Below are positions 50,347 to 60,420 of a stretch of DNA of 64,000 bases, in pieces. A model generated the notes under the pieces. The model worked only from the letters and a program-made list of their open reading frames with translations. It had not been told where the DNA came from and did no database searches. Position 1 is the stretch's first letter; the number at the start of each line of letters is the position of its first letter. Source of the stretch: Desulfomonilia bacterium (GTDB taxonomy: Bacteria > Desulfobacterota > Desulfomonilia > UBA1062). The stretch lies in contig CAXXDQ010000003.1 in the NCBI GenBank assembly GCA_963664325.2, positions 32,001 through 96,000 on the forward strand. Reading direction: 5' to 3'. The position numbers were made by a program, and so were the translations under genes.

Positions 50347-50372
50347 GAAAGGCCCTGATAAAGGGCCTTTTC
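50347..50372 (+). terminator. Probable terminator after PEPCK
   Basis: AAAGGCCCT/AGGGCCTTT stem with a short T run. Confidence 0.55.
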
Positions 50373-50380
50373 CATAATGC

Positions 50381-50857
50381 ATGCCGATAAAAAGGATCAT
50401 CAGCGGAGGCCAGACCGGGGTTGACCGGGCGGCGCTGGATGCTGCAATCGAGCTGGGCATACCGCATGGAGGCTGGTGTCCGAAAGGAAGATTTGCCGAG
50501 GACGGTAAAATCCCGGAAATATATAATCTCAAGGAAACGCCATCAGGAACATACAAAGAGCGCACAATTTTTAATGTCAGGGATTCCGACGCAACCCTTA
50601 TTATCACATGGGGCAGGCCCAGGGGAGGGACCGGATACACCCTTAAAGAGGCAAAAGAGCAGAACAGGCCATATTTCATCTTTGATGTAAAAACAGGCGC
50701 GGATACTGATTCCATGGTAAAATGGGTCAGGGATAACGATATCGGGGTTCTTAATGTCGCCGGCCCCCGTGAAAGCTTCATGCCGGGGGTCGTTTACGGA
50801 CTGTCAAAAGAGTTTCTGATGAGACTATTACAGATATTCAGCATCAGGATGTCTTGA
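50381..50857 (+). CDS. Putative molybdenum carrier / cpYpsA SLOG-family protein
   Basis: IISGGQTGVDRAALD, GWCPKGRFAEDG, RT..NV.DSDAT, GGT, LNVAGPRES. Confidence 0.88.
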   Translation: MPIKRIISGGQTGVDRAALDAAIELGIPHGGWCPKGRFAEDGKIPEIYNLKETPSGTYKERTIFNVRDSDATLIITWGRPRGGTGYTLKEAKEQNRPYFIFDVKTGADTDSMVKWVRDNDIGVLNVAGPRESFMPGVVYGLSKEFLMRLLQIFSIRMS

Positions 50858-51100
50858 AATCTTCCTGGCGTTTGATCGAACGGTACCCTCTTTGAATTTT
50901 TGGATGATGTTTCAATTGAAAATCTTGGACAACAGGCATGATTGTGGTGTATAAATTTAAAGCATTTAATTTTTATGGATTCTGCTTTCTTCTGAAGAGC
51001 AGCAGCTTTTGAATATAATGTACAGACAGGGTAATTTTTTCAAGATGTAAATATTGGCCGGCTTTTGCCGTTACTGGGGATTCTTATATGCGGGGGGACT

Positions 51101-53022
51101 ATGAATATGAATTCAATGATTATCAAACGTAAACTTGCCTGGCTTATTGCAATCCTTTTTCTCATAACCGGATGCAAACAGGCGGTGGCGCCGGTCCTTA
51201 ATGACCTGAGCATCAAGGCATTCAGTTCGCGCACCATAACCGTTAATTTGCCGACCTTTGCGACAAAAGGCGATCCTGTGCCGTCCGTGGAAGCCTATAT
51301 CGGAACGACCGGGACGATCACTGCTGACGGGTTCACCGTCGCCGGGTTTTCGGAGGGACCGGTAGATGTATCCAGGGACGGCTACCAGTTCAGGGGCCTG
51401 ACCACAGGCGCAGTGTATGACATAATCGTAATCGCCAGAAACAAGGCCGGCTTTTCTGTCAAAAGCCTGACCGGCATCGTGCCTGCAGTCCCAGCGATAG
51501 ACCCTGCATCGTATCAGCAGATCGGCACCGATGAAATGGGCATGTTCCGCTGGTACCTCTCGGCCAGCGACGATGCTTTGGATGACTTCAGCAAGATCAA
51601 GTCCTGGGATTTAGACCAGTTCTACATTTCCTCATACCGCTACAGCATCGCCTTCATGACCTATTTCTTTGCGCTTGAGCAGTATCACAAGCTCCCGGCC
51701 TGGCGCGAATACATACAACCCCGCATGGACCGCCTGATCCAGAAGATGCTGCGGAAAGAGGTCTGGCAGTACTGGGCCGTTCGCAGCAAGGGGGTTAGCG
51801 TTATAGAACCGCTCCTTAACACGCCCTATCCGGAAGAGCACGACCCGGTCGCTAAAAAGAACATCATGTACTCCGGACACCTGGGGCAGATGATCGGCCT
51901 ATATGAAATGCTGTACCGCGACCTGAAATGGGACGCCCCCGGTTCCATTGTCTTCAAGTGGAGCGATACCGAGGAGTATGTCTATAACAACTATTCACTC
52001 CAGAAAGTGATGTACGACCAGATGGTGAACAATTCCAACCACAGCATAGAATGCGAGCCTAACGCGGTCTTCGGGGAATGCAACCAGCATCCCATCCTTT
52101 CATTCATGCTTTATGACCAGGTCCATGGAACCAATTTGGCCGAGGCCCGCAAACTGTTCCTGGATTTTTTCCTAAGGAACATGTTCATCAACCCGGTCAC
52201 GCATGAGACCATAGTCATGTACCTCGTCAAGCAGAAGACGATAATGAGCCAGGAGTTTTTAAGTACCGGCAACGGTCTGGCCCTGATATCGGTTCCTCTC
52301 GCATGGATTGGACTAGCCAATGCCCGCGCCTCGATATCGAACGGGTGGAACGGCGCTTTCATGCATGCATGGGAGCCGGAGCTTATTGAGCGCCACTATC
52401 CGTTCCAGAGAAAGAACCATGTGATAGAGCCTGACAGCAGCACCGCACATCTGAAAGTTGAGATGATCACCGACCAGATTGCCACGCCCTTATTCGCCAT
52501 GCTGTCAGCTGAAGTTGGTGATACGGATACAAGGGATAAACTTATAGCCTGGTGCAAGGACTTCTACAAACCGACCTGGGATAACGGGATGCTGCATTAC
52601 CCGGTGCGGGAAGATACCTATGTCAATCTGTCCAGGACGGAATGGACCCCGTGGCCCCAGGCCTTTACCGGTGTGCTTGTGGCCTTTGCCGCCGCCAATT
52701 CGCACGACGGCATACTGACGCTCCACAACAAGCCGTTCACCCAGCGGGACTTCGATTCTCCCCAGGTGACCGGCCTGTCCTTCCGAATGTCCTGCTCAAG
52801 CGGGCGATCTACGACTTCGAAAAGGAGGCCCTTGTCATAACGACCGAGGCCGGCACGGACCAGGGCGGCACCACATCGTTCAACGTGACGAAACTTGACC
52901 CGGGCAGGACCTGGAAACTCGTTATGGACGGGGTGCCGCAGGAGGAATATTCCGGGGTGAGCTCGATTTCAGTCGATGTTTCCCTGAATGCCCGGCATGA
53001 TATCGTTATGATTGCGGAGTAG
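51101..53022 (+). CDS. Linalool dehydratase/isomerase-family lipoprotein with an N-terminal FN3/Ig-like domain; frameshift near 52781-52785
   Basis: Lipobox ITGC; RYSIAF, KMLRKEVWQYW, DPVAKKNIMYSGHL, CEPNAVFGECN, YDQVHGT; one extra C gives GLSFPNVLLKRA, joining the 52642-53022 frame. Confidence 0.78.
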
Positions 53023-53161
53023 GAAGCCGGCGGGAGAATGGCAAAACCAACAAGTTGATCAGCGTCCCGTTCCCTGCTTGGGCCTGGGAGATGGGCAATG
53101 GATATAAGCGTTATGTTGTGTTATAGCAGGGTTTTAAAATAATAAACCGGAGGTGTTCATT

Positions 53162-54397
53162 ATGTGGGCGTTAAAGAAGGTGTATTATCGTATTTATCAG
53201 TTCGTTATGGGTTTCGGGATGAATTTTCTTCCCTGGATTGAACCCGTAATCATCGACGGTGCGGACAGCATAAAAAAACTTTCTTCCGTCATCAAACAAA
53301 AAGGCATTAAAAACGTTCTTATCGTTACCGATTCCGTCCTTATGGGCCTTCACCTTCTCGATTCTCTCTTCGAGGCCCTCAATTCTGCAGGCATCAAGTA
53401 TTCACTCTACGATCAGGTACAGCCCAATCCCACGATCGACAACATCGAAGCGGCGCTTAAAATCTACAATGCAAACAATTGCCAGGCCATCATCGCCTTC
53501 GGCGGCGGTTCGCCGATGGATTGCGCAAAGGTGACCGGCGCCCGCGTTGCCCGCCCGAACCGACCTGTTACAAAGATGAGGGGCCTGTTCAAGGTTGTGC
53601 TGCCCGCTCTTAAAATGGGATCCATTCTGCCGCCGATTCTTTTCGCGATTCCCACGACAGCAGGAACCGGTTCCGAAACCACGATTGCAGCCGTTGTATC
53701 GAATTCCCAGACGCATGAAAAATATCCGGTAACCGACCCTGTTATCCGCCCGAGATACGCTGTCCTGAACCCCCAGCTTACAGTAGGCCTTCCTCCCCAC
53801 ATTACATCAACAACAGGCATGGATGCACTGACACATGCAGTCGAGTCCTATATCGGCAAGTTCTACAACAATACGGATACGCTCAAAAAAGCCATTCTGG
53901 CGGTGGAAATGATTTTTGCCAATGTCGAAAAGGCCTACAAGGACGGCAAAGACCTTGAAGCGCGCGCCCAGATGCTGCTTGCAGCGTATTATGGGGGGTA
54001 TACCTTCACACGCGGCGGCGTCGGTTATATTCACGGCATCGGCCATAACCTGGGCGGGATGTACGGTGTCCCTCACGGTTTCGCAATGTCGATTATCATG
54101 CCTTATGTTCTTGAATGGTACGGCGAAGCAGCGCACAAACCACTTGCGGAACTGGCGGAATTTATCGGTATTACAAAACCCGGCATGAGCCAGGCTCAAA
54201 AGGCCAGGGCTTTTATCGATGCGGTTAAAGACCTCAACAAGAGATTGAACATCCCGAACAAGATTGACAGCATCAAAAACGAAGACATCCCGACAATCGC
54301 CGAGCGCGCATTACTCGAATGCAACCCTACATATCCCGTCCCGAAGCTCATGAACAAAGAGGAGTGCATGGCGGTCATCAGAGCCATCAAGGCATAA
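53162..54397 (+). CDS. Iron-containing alcohol dehydrogenase
   Basis: GGGSPMDCAK, PTTAGTGSE, GMDALTHAVE, IHGIGH, PHG. Confidence 0.92.
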   Translation: MWALKKVYYRIYQFVMGFGMNFLPWIEPVIIDGADSIKKLSSVIKQKGIKNVLIVTDSVLMGLHLLDSLFEALNSAGIKYSLYDQVQPNPTIDNIEAALKIYNANNCQAIIAFGGGSPMDCAKVTGARVARPNRPVTKMRGLFKVVLPALKMGSILPPILFAIPTTAGTGSETTIAAVVSNSQTHEKYPVTDPVIRPRYAVLNPQLTVGLPPHITSTTGMDALTHAVESYIGKFYNNTDTLKKAILAVEMIFANVEKAYKDGKDLEARAQMLLAAYYGGYTFTRGGVGYIHGIGHNLGGMYGVPHGFAMSIIMPYVLEWYGEAAHKPLAELAEFIGITKPGMSQAQKARAFIDAVKDLNKRLNIPNKIDSIKNEDIPTIAERALLECNPTYPVPKLMNKEECMAVIRAIKA

Positions 54398-54407
54398 CAA
54401 AGAAGAA

Positions 54408-54441
54408 GAGGAACTGCTTCGGCAGTTCCTCCCTGTTTTTT
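54408..54441 (+). terminator. Rho-independent terminator
   Basis: GAGGAACTGC-TTCG-GCAGTTCCTC then a T run. Confidence 0.85.
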
Positions 54442-54601
54442 ATGACCAATGGTATCACGTTCTTAAGATTGTAAATTTAATATTTAGATGATTAATAATC
54501 AAAACTAATAAATTAATCAGCATCCTCTAGTGAATTCGTCTCGGAATCTAATCAAAAGCTTAAAAGTTGGCTCTATAAACCTATTAAATGGTATGGAGGT
54601 T

Positions 54602-54814
54602 TTATTCTTGTTCATTGATACCTACTTGATCAGTGGTGTCGGATTGGTCAGAACTATAATACATAAAAGTTGTCGAAATTGTATTTGAATTGGATAATGG
54701 CTCTATTTGTTGTATTTGGGGTTGATTTTTTTTTATGCTATCGGAAATCCTTGTTACTTCATTTATTAGTTCTTCAGACCAGCCAAGCTTGATAAGAAGT
54801 TCATTTTTAATCAT
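54602..54814 (-). CDS. 70-aa hypothetical protein translationally coupled to the protease
   Basis: ATGA overlap with the protease stop; AGGAG RBS inside the protease 3' end; AT-rich. Confidence 0.65.
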   Translation of the reverse strand: MIKNELLIKLGWSEELINEVTRISDSIKKNQPQIQQIEPLSNSNTISTTFMYYSSDQSDTTDQVGINEQE

Positions 54815-55875
54815 GATTGTGTCTCCTTTCTTATTGAATGCCTTACAAATCGATATTGTTCAGACACAATTATTTTTAAAATTGGAGTTTTATCGAAAAG
54901 CCAATAACAAAGCGCCCATAACTTTGATATGGCATTTTCCAATTCCAAAGAAGGATGATCAATTTTTAATTTTATTTTCTCCCATAATATTTCTCTAGAG
55001 ATGGAATGTCCGTGACTCTTCCAGATATCATGAGTTGCTAAATCTCTAGCTATAGCGAGCGCACGTTCCTTTTTATATGAATCTGTAACAGGAGTCTGAC
55101 TTGTTTCTCTAATCATCCAATTCTTAAATTTATAATTAACAAGAAATTCTTGAGCCATTGTGATTGAGTATGTTGATGCAGTTATTGCATCTCCCAATTC
55201 TTTTTTATCTATACTATCAATTATCCTAACAGCAGTCCATGGAACTGAACCACTTTTTTTTAAGGCCTGATCTCCTTGGTCTTGTAACTGACTTATTAGT
55301 AATAATAGTGCTTGTGCCGGAACGAACCTTCCATCTTTGGTAGGAATTTGTGGATCAATAGGACCAAGGCATGCAGTGGGAGTCATCCAAATATGATCAC
55401 CTGACAATGAGAACAGGGTTCCTGCGCTCATACAAAATGATGGAATTAGAAAATCAACACTCTTAAAACGTGATCTAAGAAAGTTTACAAATCGACTAAC
55501 TTGATGAGCAGATCCTCCCATAGTTGCAATGAAAATATCTATATCTTCAATATTCATTGGTACCTGCTTAAGCATTTCTGAGAAGGGAAGATCGTCGGAG
55601 GTTACAATTCCAGAATCACTAGTATTTTTTATTACATTACCAATATATGCAAGACAAGGACGAGATCTAATATTCTCAATAGTTTTTAAACCTTTTATAA
55701 TTTCATTAATAAGATCAAGATCAGGCTTTGGAATAATAGATACTATGCTTCCATATTCATTTCCTTCTTTTATGCTTTCATAAATGGAATCAACCGTTTT
55801 AGTTCTTGATACTAGTGATTGCATTTCTTTTTGTGGGGCACTCGTTGTTCTGGCTGTTTTTTTACGTTTTGACAA
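54811..55875 (-). CDS. ClpP-class serine protease (SDH_sah / S49-like) in an AT-rich island
   Basis: TMGGS, CMSAGTL (Ser), LGPIDPQ (Asp), SHGHSI (His); TTG start with AGGGGG RBS. Confidence 0.8.
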   Translation of the reverse strand: MSKRKKTARTTSAPQKEMQSLVSRTKTVDSIYESIKEGNEYGSIVSIIPKPDLDLINEIIKGLKTIENIRSRPCLAYIGNVIKNTSDSGIVTSDDLPFSEMLKQVPMNIEDIDIFIATMGGSAHQVSRFVNFLRSRFKSVDFLIPSFCMSAGTLFSLSGDHIWMTPTACLGPIDPQIPTKDGRFVPAQALLLLISQLQDQGDQALKKSGSVPWTAVRIIDSIDKKELGDAITASTYSITMAQEFLVNYKFKNWMIRETSQTPVTDSYKKERALAIARDLATHDIWKSHGHSISREILWEKIKLKIDHPSLELENAISKLWALCYWLFDKTPILKIIVSEQYRFVRHSIRKETQS

Positions 55876-56140
55876 TATAAACCCCCTTTCTCTACTGTAG
55901 TATAATAATATTGAAATATAATAATTAAGATATTTACAATATACTCTCTGCCTTTCCTCTCTTCAAGCTTCGAAAATAACATATCAATTTAATAAATTAA
56001 ATTATTACTACAGTAGGATTAAGAGCGTTACGAAATATAAGTGGGACCAAAAGGTTGAGGCACGTATCTTTGACAAATTATATTACAAATAGCCAGTAGG
56101 TGTTTTTCCAAGTAAAAAATTGCTATGATGCCTTTGTTTA

Positions 56141-56340
56141 ATTCGGTTCTGCATTCATGATGTCTCTTAGCCTTCGACTTGAGGAGTGAAGCATGAAGCT
56201 CAAGATCCCATTATCGCAAAGACAAGGAGGAAGTGATGCAGGCATACATTAACGGATGTCTCTTCACCTTCGCTGTGCCCTATTTGAGGAGCGAAACAGG
56301 ATGTTCATGATCCCAATGCCGCAGCAACGAGCCAAGGAAG
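56141..56340. repeat. Degenerate, interrupted family C copy
   Basis: ATTCGGTTCTGCATTC..., GACAAGGAGGAAGTGATGCAGGCATAC, TGAGGAGC and CGCAGC fragments in the same order as in 56360-56485. Confidence 0.45.
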
Positions 56341-56359
56341 TTATAACACCCTTTATCTT

Positions 56360-56485
56360 ATTCCGGTTTGCATTCGAGATGATGCCGAGGAGACAAGGAG
56401 GAAGCGACGAGGTGTACTCTTCTATGTACTCCGAGGAGCATTCCGACGCAGCCGACAAAGGAAGCGCTTGAATGCAAGCCGGAAT
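56360..56485. mobile_element. ~126-bp ERIC-like miniature inverted-repeat element (family C, copy 2)
   Basis: Terminal IR ATTCCGGTTTGCATTC / GAATGCAAGCCGGAAT; homologous to 10360-10484; abuts the DAHP synthase stop codon. Confidence 0.78.
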
Positions 56486-57513
56486 CAAACTATTTCAGCG
56501 AGACGGTTTACGAAGGACCAGGTATCCTTCCAGCCCAGACAGGCATCTGTGATGGACTTGCCGTATGTATTTTCGCCCGGTTTCTGCGCGCCTTCAACGA
56601 TATAGCTTTCCACCATGAGCCCTTTGACCATTTTCAGGAGCCTGTTTGAATGCCTTCTGCTCTGCATTACCTCCATGCCTATCCTGGGCTGCTCCTTGAA
56701 TTTCTTGTTCGAATTGGCGTGGTTGGTGTCAACGATGATGGCGGGGTTATTGAGCTGCCTGTCGTTATAATTCTCCGCGACCATCATCAGGTCTTCATAG
56801 TGATAATTGGCAATGCTCCTGCCGTAATGATCCACCGCACCCCTGAGGATTGCATGGGCCTGCGGGTTACCCGATGTGCGCACCTCCCAGCCGTTATGAA
56901 GGAATACATGGCTCTGCTGTGCGGCGTAGATCGAATTGAGCATAACGGATATGTCTCCGCTCGTGGGGTTCTTCATGCCGCAGGGTATATCGCACCCGCT
57001 TATCGTTAGCCTGTGCTGCTGGTTTTCGACCGAGCGTGCTCCAACGGCAATATAGCTCAAGAGATCGTCAAGGTAGGCAAGATTCCCCGGATAAAGCATC
57101 TCGTCCGCCGCAGGGAGCCCTGATTCGGACAGCGCCCTGATATGAAGTTTTCTCAAGGCCTTTATGCCTTCGGTGATGTTCGGTTTCTTGTTCGGGTCGG
57201 GCTGGTGCATCATGCCTTTGTAGCCTTCGCCTGTCGACCTGGGCTTGTTCGTATATATGCGCGGAACAAGGACAAGCCTGTCTTTTACCTCCTCCTGCAA
57301 TTTTGAAAGGCGCGAGACATAATCGCAGACGCTGTCCTCGTTGTCAGCCGAGCATGGACCTATCACAAGCAGGAATTTATCGCTGAGAGAGGTGAAGATG
57401 TTTTTTATTTCAGAGTCCCTCTGGGCTTTCAGAAGGCTCAATTCAGGCTTCAGCGGGATTTCATCTTTTATTTCATCGGGGTTCGGTATTTTCTGGATAT
57501 ATTCAAAGCTCAT
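56485..57513 (-). CDS. 3-deoxy-7-phosphoheptulonate (DAHP) synthase, class I (AroF/G/H type)
   Basis: IGPCSA, KPRSTGEGYKG, VGARSVENQQHR, GMKN, HANS, YGKSITDACLGW. Confidence 0.93.
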   Translation of the reverse strand: MSFEYIQKIPNPDEIKDEIPLKPELSLLKAQRDSEIKNIFTSLSDKFLLVIGPCSADNEDSVCDYVSRLSKLQEEVKDRLVLVPRIYTNKPRSTGEGYKGMMHQPDPNKKPNITEGIKALRKLHIRALSESGLPAADEMLYPGNLAYLDDLLSYIAVGARSVENQQHRLTISGCDIPCGMKNPTSGDISVMLNSIYAAQQSHVFLHNGWEVRTSGNPQAHAILRGAVDHYGRSIANYHYEDLMMVAENYNDRQLNNPAIIVDTNHANSNKKFKEQPRIGMEVMQSRRHSNRLLKMVKGLMVESYIVEGAQKPGENTYGKSITDACLGWKDTWSFVNRLAEIV

Positions 57514-57548
57514 CTTATACTCCTGGAATTTTAAAGTTCAGTAATGAG

Positions 57549-57656
57549 GAGACAGTAGACAGGAGTCAGGTGACAGCATAAAATCTCTAAGTTCTTTTTC
57601 TGATCCTTTTTATCATTTCTACTGACCCCTGTCTTCTGGCTTCTGTCTCCTGATAC
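57549..57656. repeat. Inverted pair of heptamer arrays
   Basis: GAGACAG TAGACAG GAGTCAG GTGACAG (57549-57576) vs CTGACCC CTGTCTT CTGGCTT CTGTCTC CTGATAC (57622-57656). Confidence 0.7.
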
Positions 57657-57734
57657 TCTACAGCCTATATCAAATCTGGTGGCTGCTATCAATTGACTTG
57701 ACCCTTAATCTTTCAGACGATATAAGCCCACACC

Positions 57735-58889
57735 ATGCCAAGTGAAATAATAAATTATAAAGACAGGGAAATCATGCTGGTAGGCACTGCCCATGTTTCG
57801 AAAGACAGTGTCGACGAGGTGAAAGAGGCGATCAGCGCATTCAAACCCGATATCGTGGCCGTCGAGCTTTGCAAGGGCCGGTATGACGTCATGAAGAACC
57901 CGACTGCCTGGCAGCAGACCGATATCGTAAAGATTATCAAGGAGAAGAAGGCGTCCCTGCTGTTTGTAAACCTGCTCATGGCGTCATTCCAGCGCAGGGT
58001 CGGCGCCAAGCTCGGCATCAAGCCGGGCGAGGAAATGCGTGTCGCAATCGAAGATGCCGAGGCCGCCGGCATACCCGTGTCGCTCATTGACAGGGGCGTT
58101 CAGACAACATTGCAGCGCACATGGAACAAGCTGTCTTTCACGGAAAAGTTCGGGCTCATGTTCCAGTCGATCATTTCCATCCTGGGTGCCGATGAACTGA
58201 CCGAAAAAGACATCGAACAGCTCAAGGAAAAGGACATGCTCACCGCGGCGCTCGAGGAAGTGGCTAAAAAGGCGCCCGTGGTAAAAGAGGTGATCCTAGA
58301 TGAGCGGGACTCATACATGGCCGCAAAGCTCTCGGAAATAGACGCCGGGAAAATCATTGCCGTAATCGGGGCCGGGCACATGGAAGGCATTAAGGCAAAA
58401 ATCGGCACGCCGATCGATATAGCCGAACTGGAAAAGCTGCCGCCGAAAAAAAAGAGAATCGGGGGATGGATTTTACTGGCACTGCTGGCTGTTCTTTTTG
58501 GCCTGGGCTTCTACTTCGGCGGAAGGAACAAAGGCTATGAAATGGCAATGTGGTGGGTCATCTGCCACAGTTCCCTCAGCGCGCTCGGTGCGGCCATAGC
58601 ATTCGGGCATCCCCTTACCATTCTTGTTGCGGCCGTGGCGGCGCCTCTTAAGATCTTTCATTTCGGATTTTCGTCCGGCTGGTTCGCGGGTCTGGTGGAG
58701 GCCTTGCTTAGGCGTCCGAAGGTGTCGGATTTCGAGAACATTCACAGCGATATCGAAACGGTCAGGGGTTTCTGGCACAATCAGATAACGAGGATATTGA
58801 TGGTGGTCGTGTTTACGAACCTGGGCAGTATTATCGGCACCTTTGTGGCCATACCCATATTGACAAAGATTGTAATCAAGGGCGGTTAA
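57735..58889 (+). CDS. TraB/GumN family (pheromone-shutdown TraB-like) protein with C-terminal TM region
   Basis: LVGTAHVS, VAVELC..R, KPGEEM, LIDR, ERDSYMA, VIGAGH. Confidence 0.9.
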   Translation: MPSEIINYKDREIMLVGTAHVSKDSVDEVKEAISAFKPDIVAVELCKGRYDVMKNPTAWQQTDIVKIIKEKKASLLFVNLLMASFQRRVGAKLGIKPGEEMRVAIEDAEAAGIPVSLIDRGVQTTLQRTWNKLSFTEKFGLMFQSIISILGADELTEKDIEQLKEKDMLTAALEEVAKKAPVVKEVILDERDSYMAAKLSEIDAGKIIAVIGAGHMEGIKAKIGTPIDIAELEKLPPKKKRIGGWILLALLAVLFGLGFYFGGRNKGYEMAMWWVICHSSLSALGAAIAFGHPLTILVAAVAAPLKIFHFGFSSGWFAGLVEALLRRPKVSDFENIHSDIETVRGFWHNQITRILMVVVFTNLGSIIGTFVAIPILTKIVIKGG

Positions 58890-59521
58890 TTCCTGACAAA
58901 ACTGAATTTTCCCCTGTCGTCCAGCTGAAGCCAGGTACGCTGGTCCGCAAAGGCGGGCAGGACGATAAGGTCTTCTCTCATTATACCCCTGTGGAGATGG
59001 CCGCATATGACGGTATCCACACCTTTCTGAGCGCATATGCCCGGTTTGATTTCCGAGTTCAGAGGCCTTATTGCAGAAGAGGACTTAATCATCATGGCCG
59101 CAATCCTGTCCTTAGTTTCCGCTTCAAGGCGTTTGTCGAGGAATCTCAGGAGCGGCCAGCCCAGGCTGTGGAGAATTTTGAACCCCGGGTCATTCGTTGT
59201 AAGGCTGTGGCCGTGTGCCAGGAGGAATTTCTTTCCGAAAAGCTCTATTTCAAGTTCTTCCTGACCGACAAATCCCGGCACCCCGGAAGGTTTCATAAGG
59301 AAGTCCCTGTTGCCGGCCAGGACGGTAGCGCCTTTTCGCCCGATCGCATCAAGTATGTTTGACACCCTGGGCTCGATTCCTGAATACCAGTATTCAAAAA
59401 GGTCGCCCAGTATGAAAATCTTCGTATCGGCCGCTTCGAATTTTTCAAGCCAGGCAAGAAAGAGCTCTTCATCGGCTTTATTGCCCGGCCTTATGTGAAG
59501 GTCAGCTACGAAAATGTGCAT
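58886..59521 (-). CDS. lpxH: Calcineurin-like phosphoesterase, UDP-2,3-diacylglucosamine hydrolase-like
   Basis: ADLH, LGDLFEYW, GNRDF, AHGH, CGHLH. Confidence 0.75.
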   Translation of the reverse strand: MHIFVADLHIRPGNKADEELFLAWLEKFEAADTKIFILGDLFEYWYSGIEPRVSNILDAIGRKGATVLAGNRDFLMKPSGVPGFVGQEELEIELFGKKFLLAHGHSLTTNDPGFKILHSLGWPLLRFLDKRLEAETKDRIAAMMIKSSSAIRPLNSEIKPGICAQKGVDTVICGHLHRGIMREDLIVLPAFADQRTWLQLDDRGKFSFVRN

Positions 59522-59658
59522 AGAGGCATCAAACCAGAAATGCCTTGATATATCAACCCAATCCTTGTATTCACTATTAATCATTGGTTTTACGCGCTCC
59601 GGGATACCGCTTCAATGAATGGCAAAACAAAAACTTAACTTAATACAGGAGGTAAATC

Positions 59659-60408
59659 ATGGGTGGTACGTATGCAACCGTAACAATTGTTGTTATCGTC
59701 CTTCTGTTCCTTTTTTCGGCGATCAAGATATTGAACGAATATGAACGTGCGGTTGTATTCAGGCTCGGCCGCGTTCTGCCGGAACCCAAAGGCCCTGGTA
59801 TTATAATCATCATCCCCATCGTGGACAAGTTTGTCAGGATTTCGCTCAGGACAATCGTCCACGACGTTCCGACCCAGGACGTTATCACCAGGGATAATGT
59901 CACGGTAAAAGTGAATGCGGTTGTTTATTTCCGTGTGGTCAATCCGCTTAAAAGCATTATTGAGGTGGAAAACTACCTTTACGCCACAGGCCAGTTGAGC
60001 CAGACAACGCTCCGCTCCGTATGCGGACAGGCCGAACTCGATGACCTCCTGTCCAAGCGCGAGCAGATAAGCGCCCATATACAGGACATCCTTGACAAGC
60101 AGACCGACCCATGGGGGATCAAGGTATCGGCCGTCGAGCTCAAACACATCGACCTGCCTGAAGAAATGCAGAGGGCCATGGCAAAACAGGCGGAGGCCGA
60201 ACGTGAGAGAAGGGCAAAGATAATAAATTCCGAAGGGGAGTTCCAGGCAGCGCAGAAGCTGTATGAAGCGGCCCAGATAATTGCCGCCGAGCCTATTGCG
60301 CTTCAGCTGAGATTCCTTCAGACAATCAGGGAGATATCTACCGAAGGCACCACGAACACGCTTATCCCGGTGCCGATAGACATCCTGTCCGTGTTTATGA
60401 AAAAGTAG
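59659..60408 (+). CDS. SPFH/stomatin (band 7) family protein
   Basis: [41 protein letters not shown]. Confidence 0.93.
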   Translation: MGGTYATVTIVVIVLLFLFSAIKILNEYERAVVFRLGRVLPEPKGPGIIIIIPIVDKFVRISLRTIVHDVPTQDVITRDNVTVKVNAVVYFRVVNPLKSIIEVENYLYATGQLSQTTLRSVCGQAELDDLLSKREQISAHIQDILDKQTDPWGIKVSAVELKHIDLPEEMQRAMAKQAEAERERRAKIINSEGEFQAAQKLYEAAQIIAAEPIALQLRFLQTIREISTEGTTNTLIPVPIDILSVFMKK

Positions 60409-60420
60409 CATCTTTGATGA

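Noticed and set aside
50381-50857. SLOG protein as part of a nucleotide-signalling defence system
   Set aside because: It is a solitary, common cpYpsA-type gene with no TIR, sirtuin or effector partner adjacent.
10360-56485. The two family C copies start exactly 46,000 bp apart
   Set aside because: The copies are clearly diverged and have different flanks; the round offset is treated as coincidence, not as a duplication artefact or a 46-kb composite element, since the interval contains core genes.
56256-56488. Short ORFs over the ERIC-like repeats (also 9965-10237, 32531-32752)
   Set aside because: They overlap palindromic repeats and have no RBS or protein-like features.
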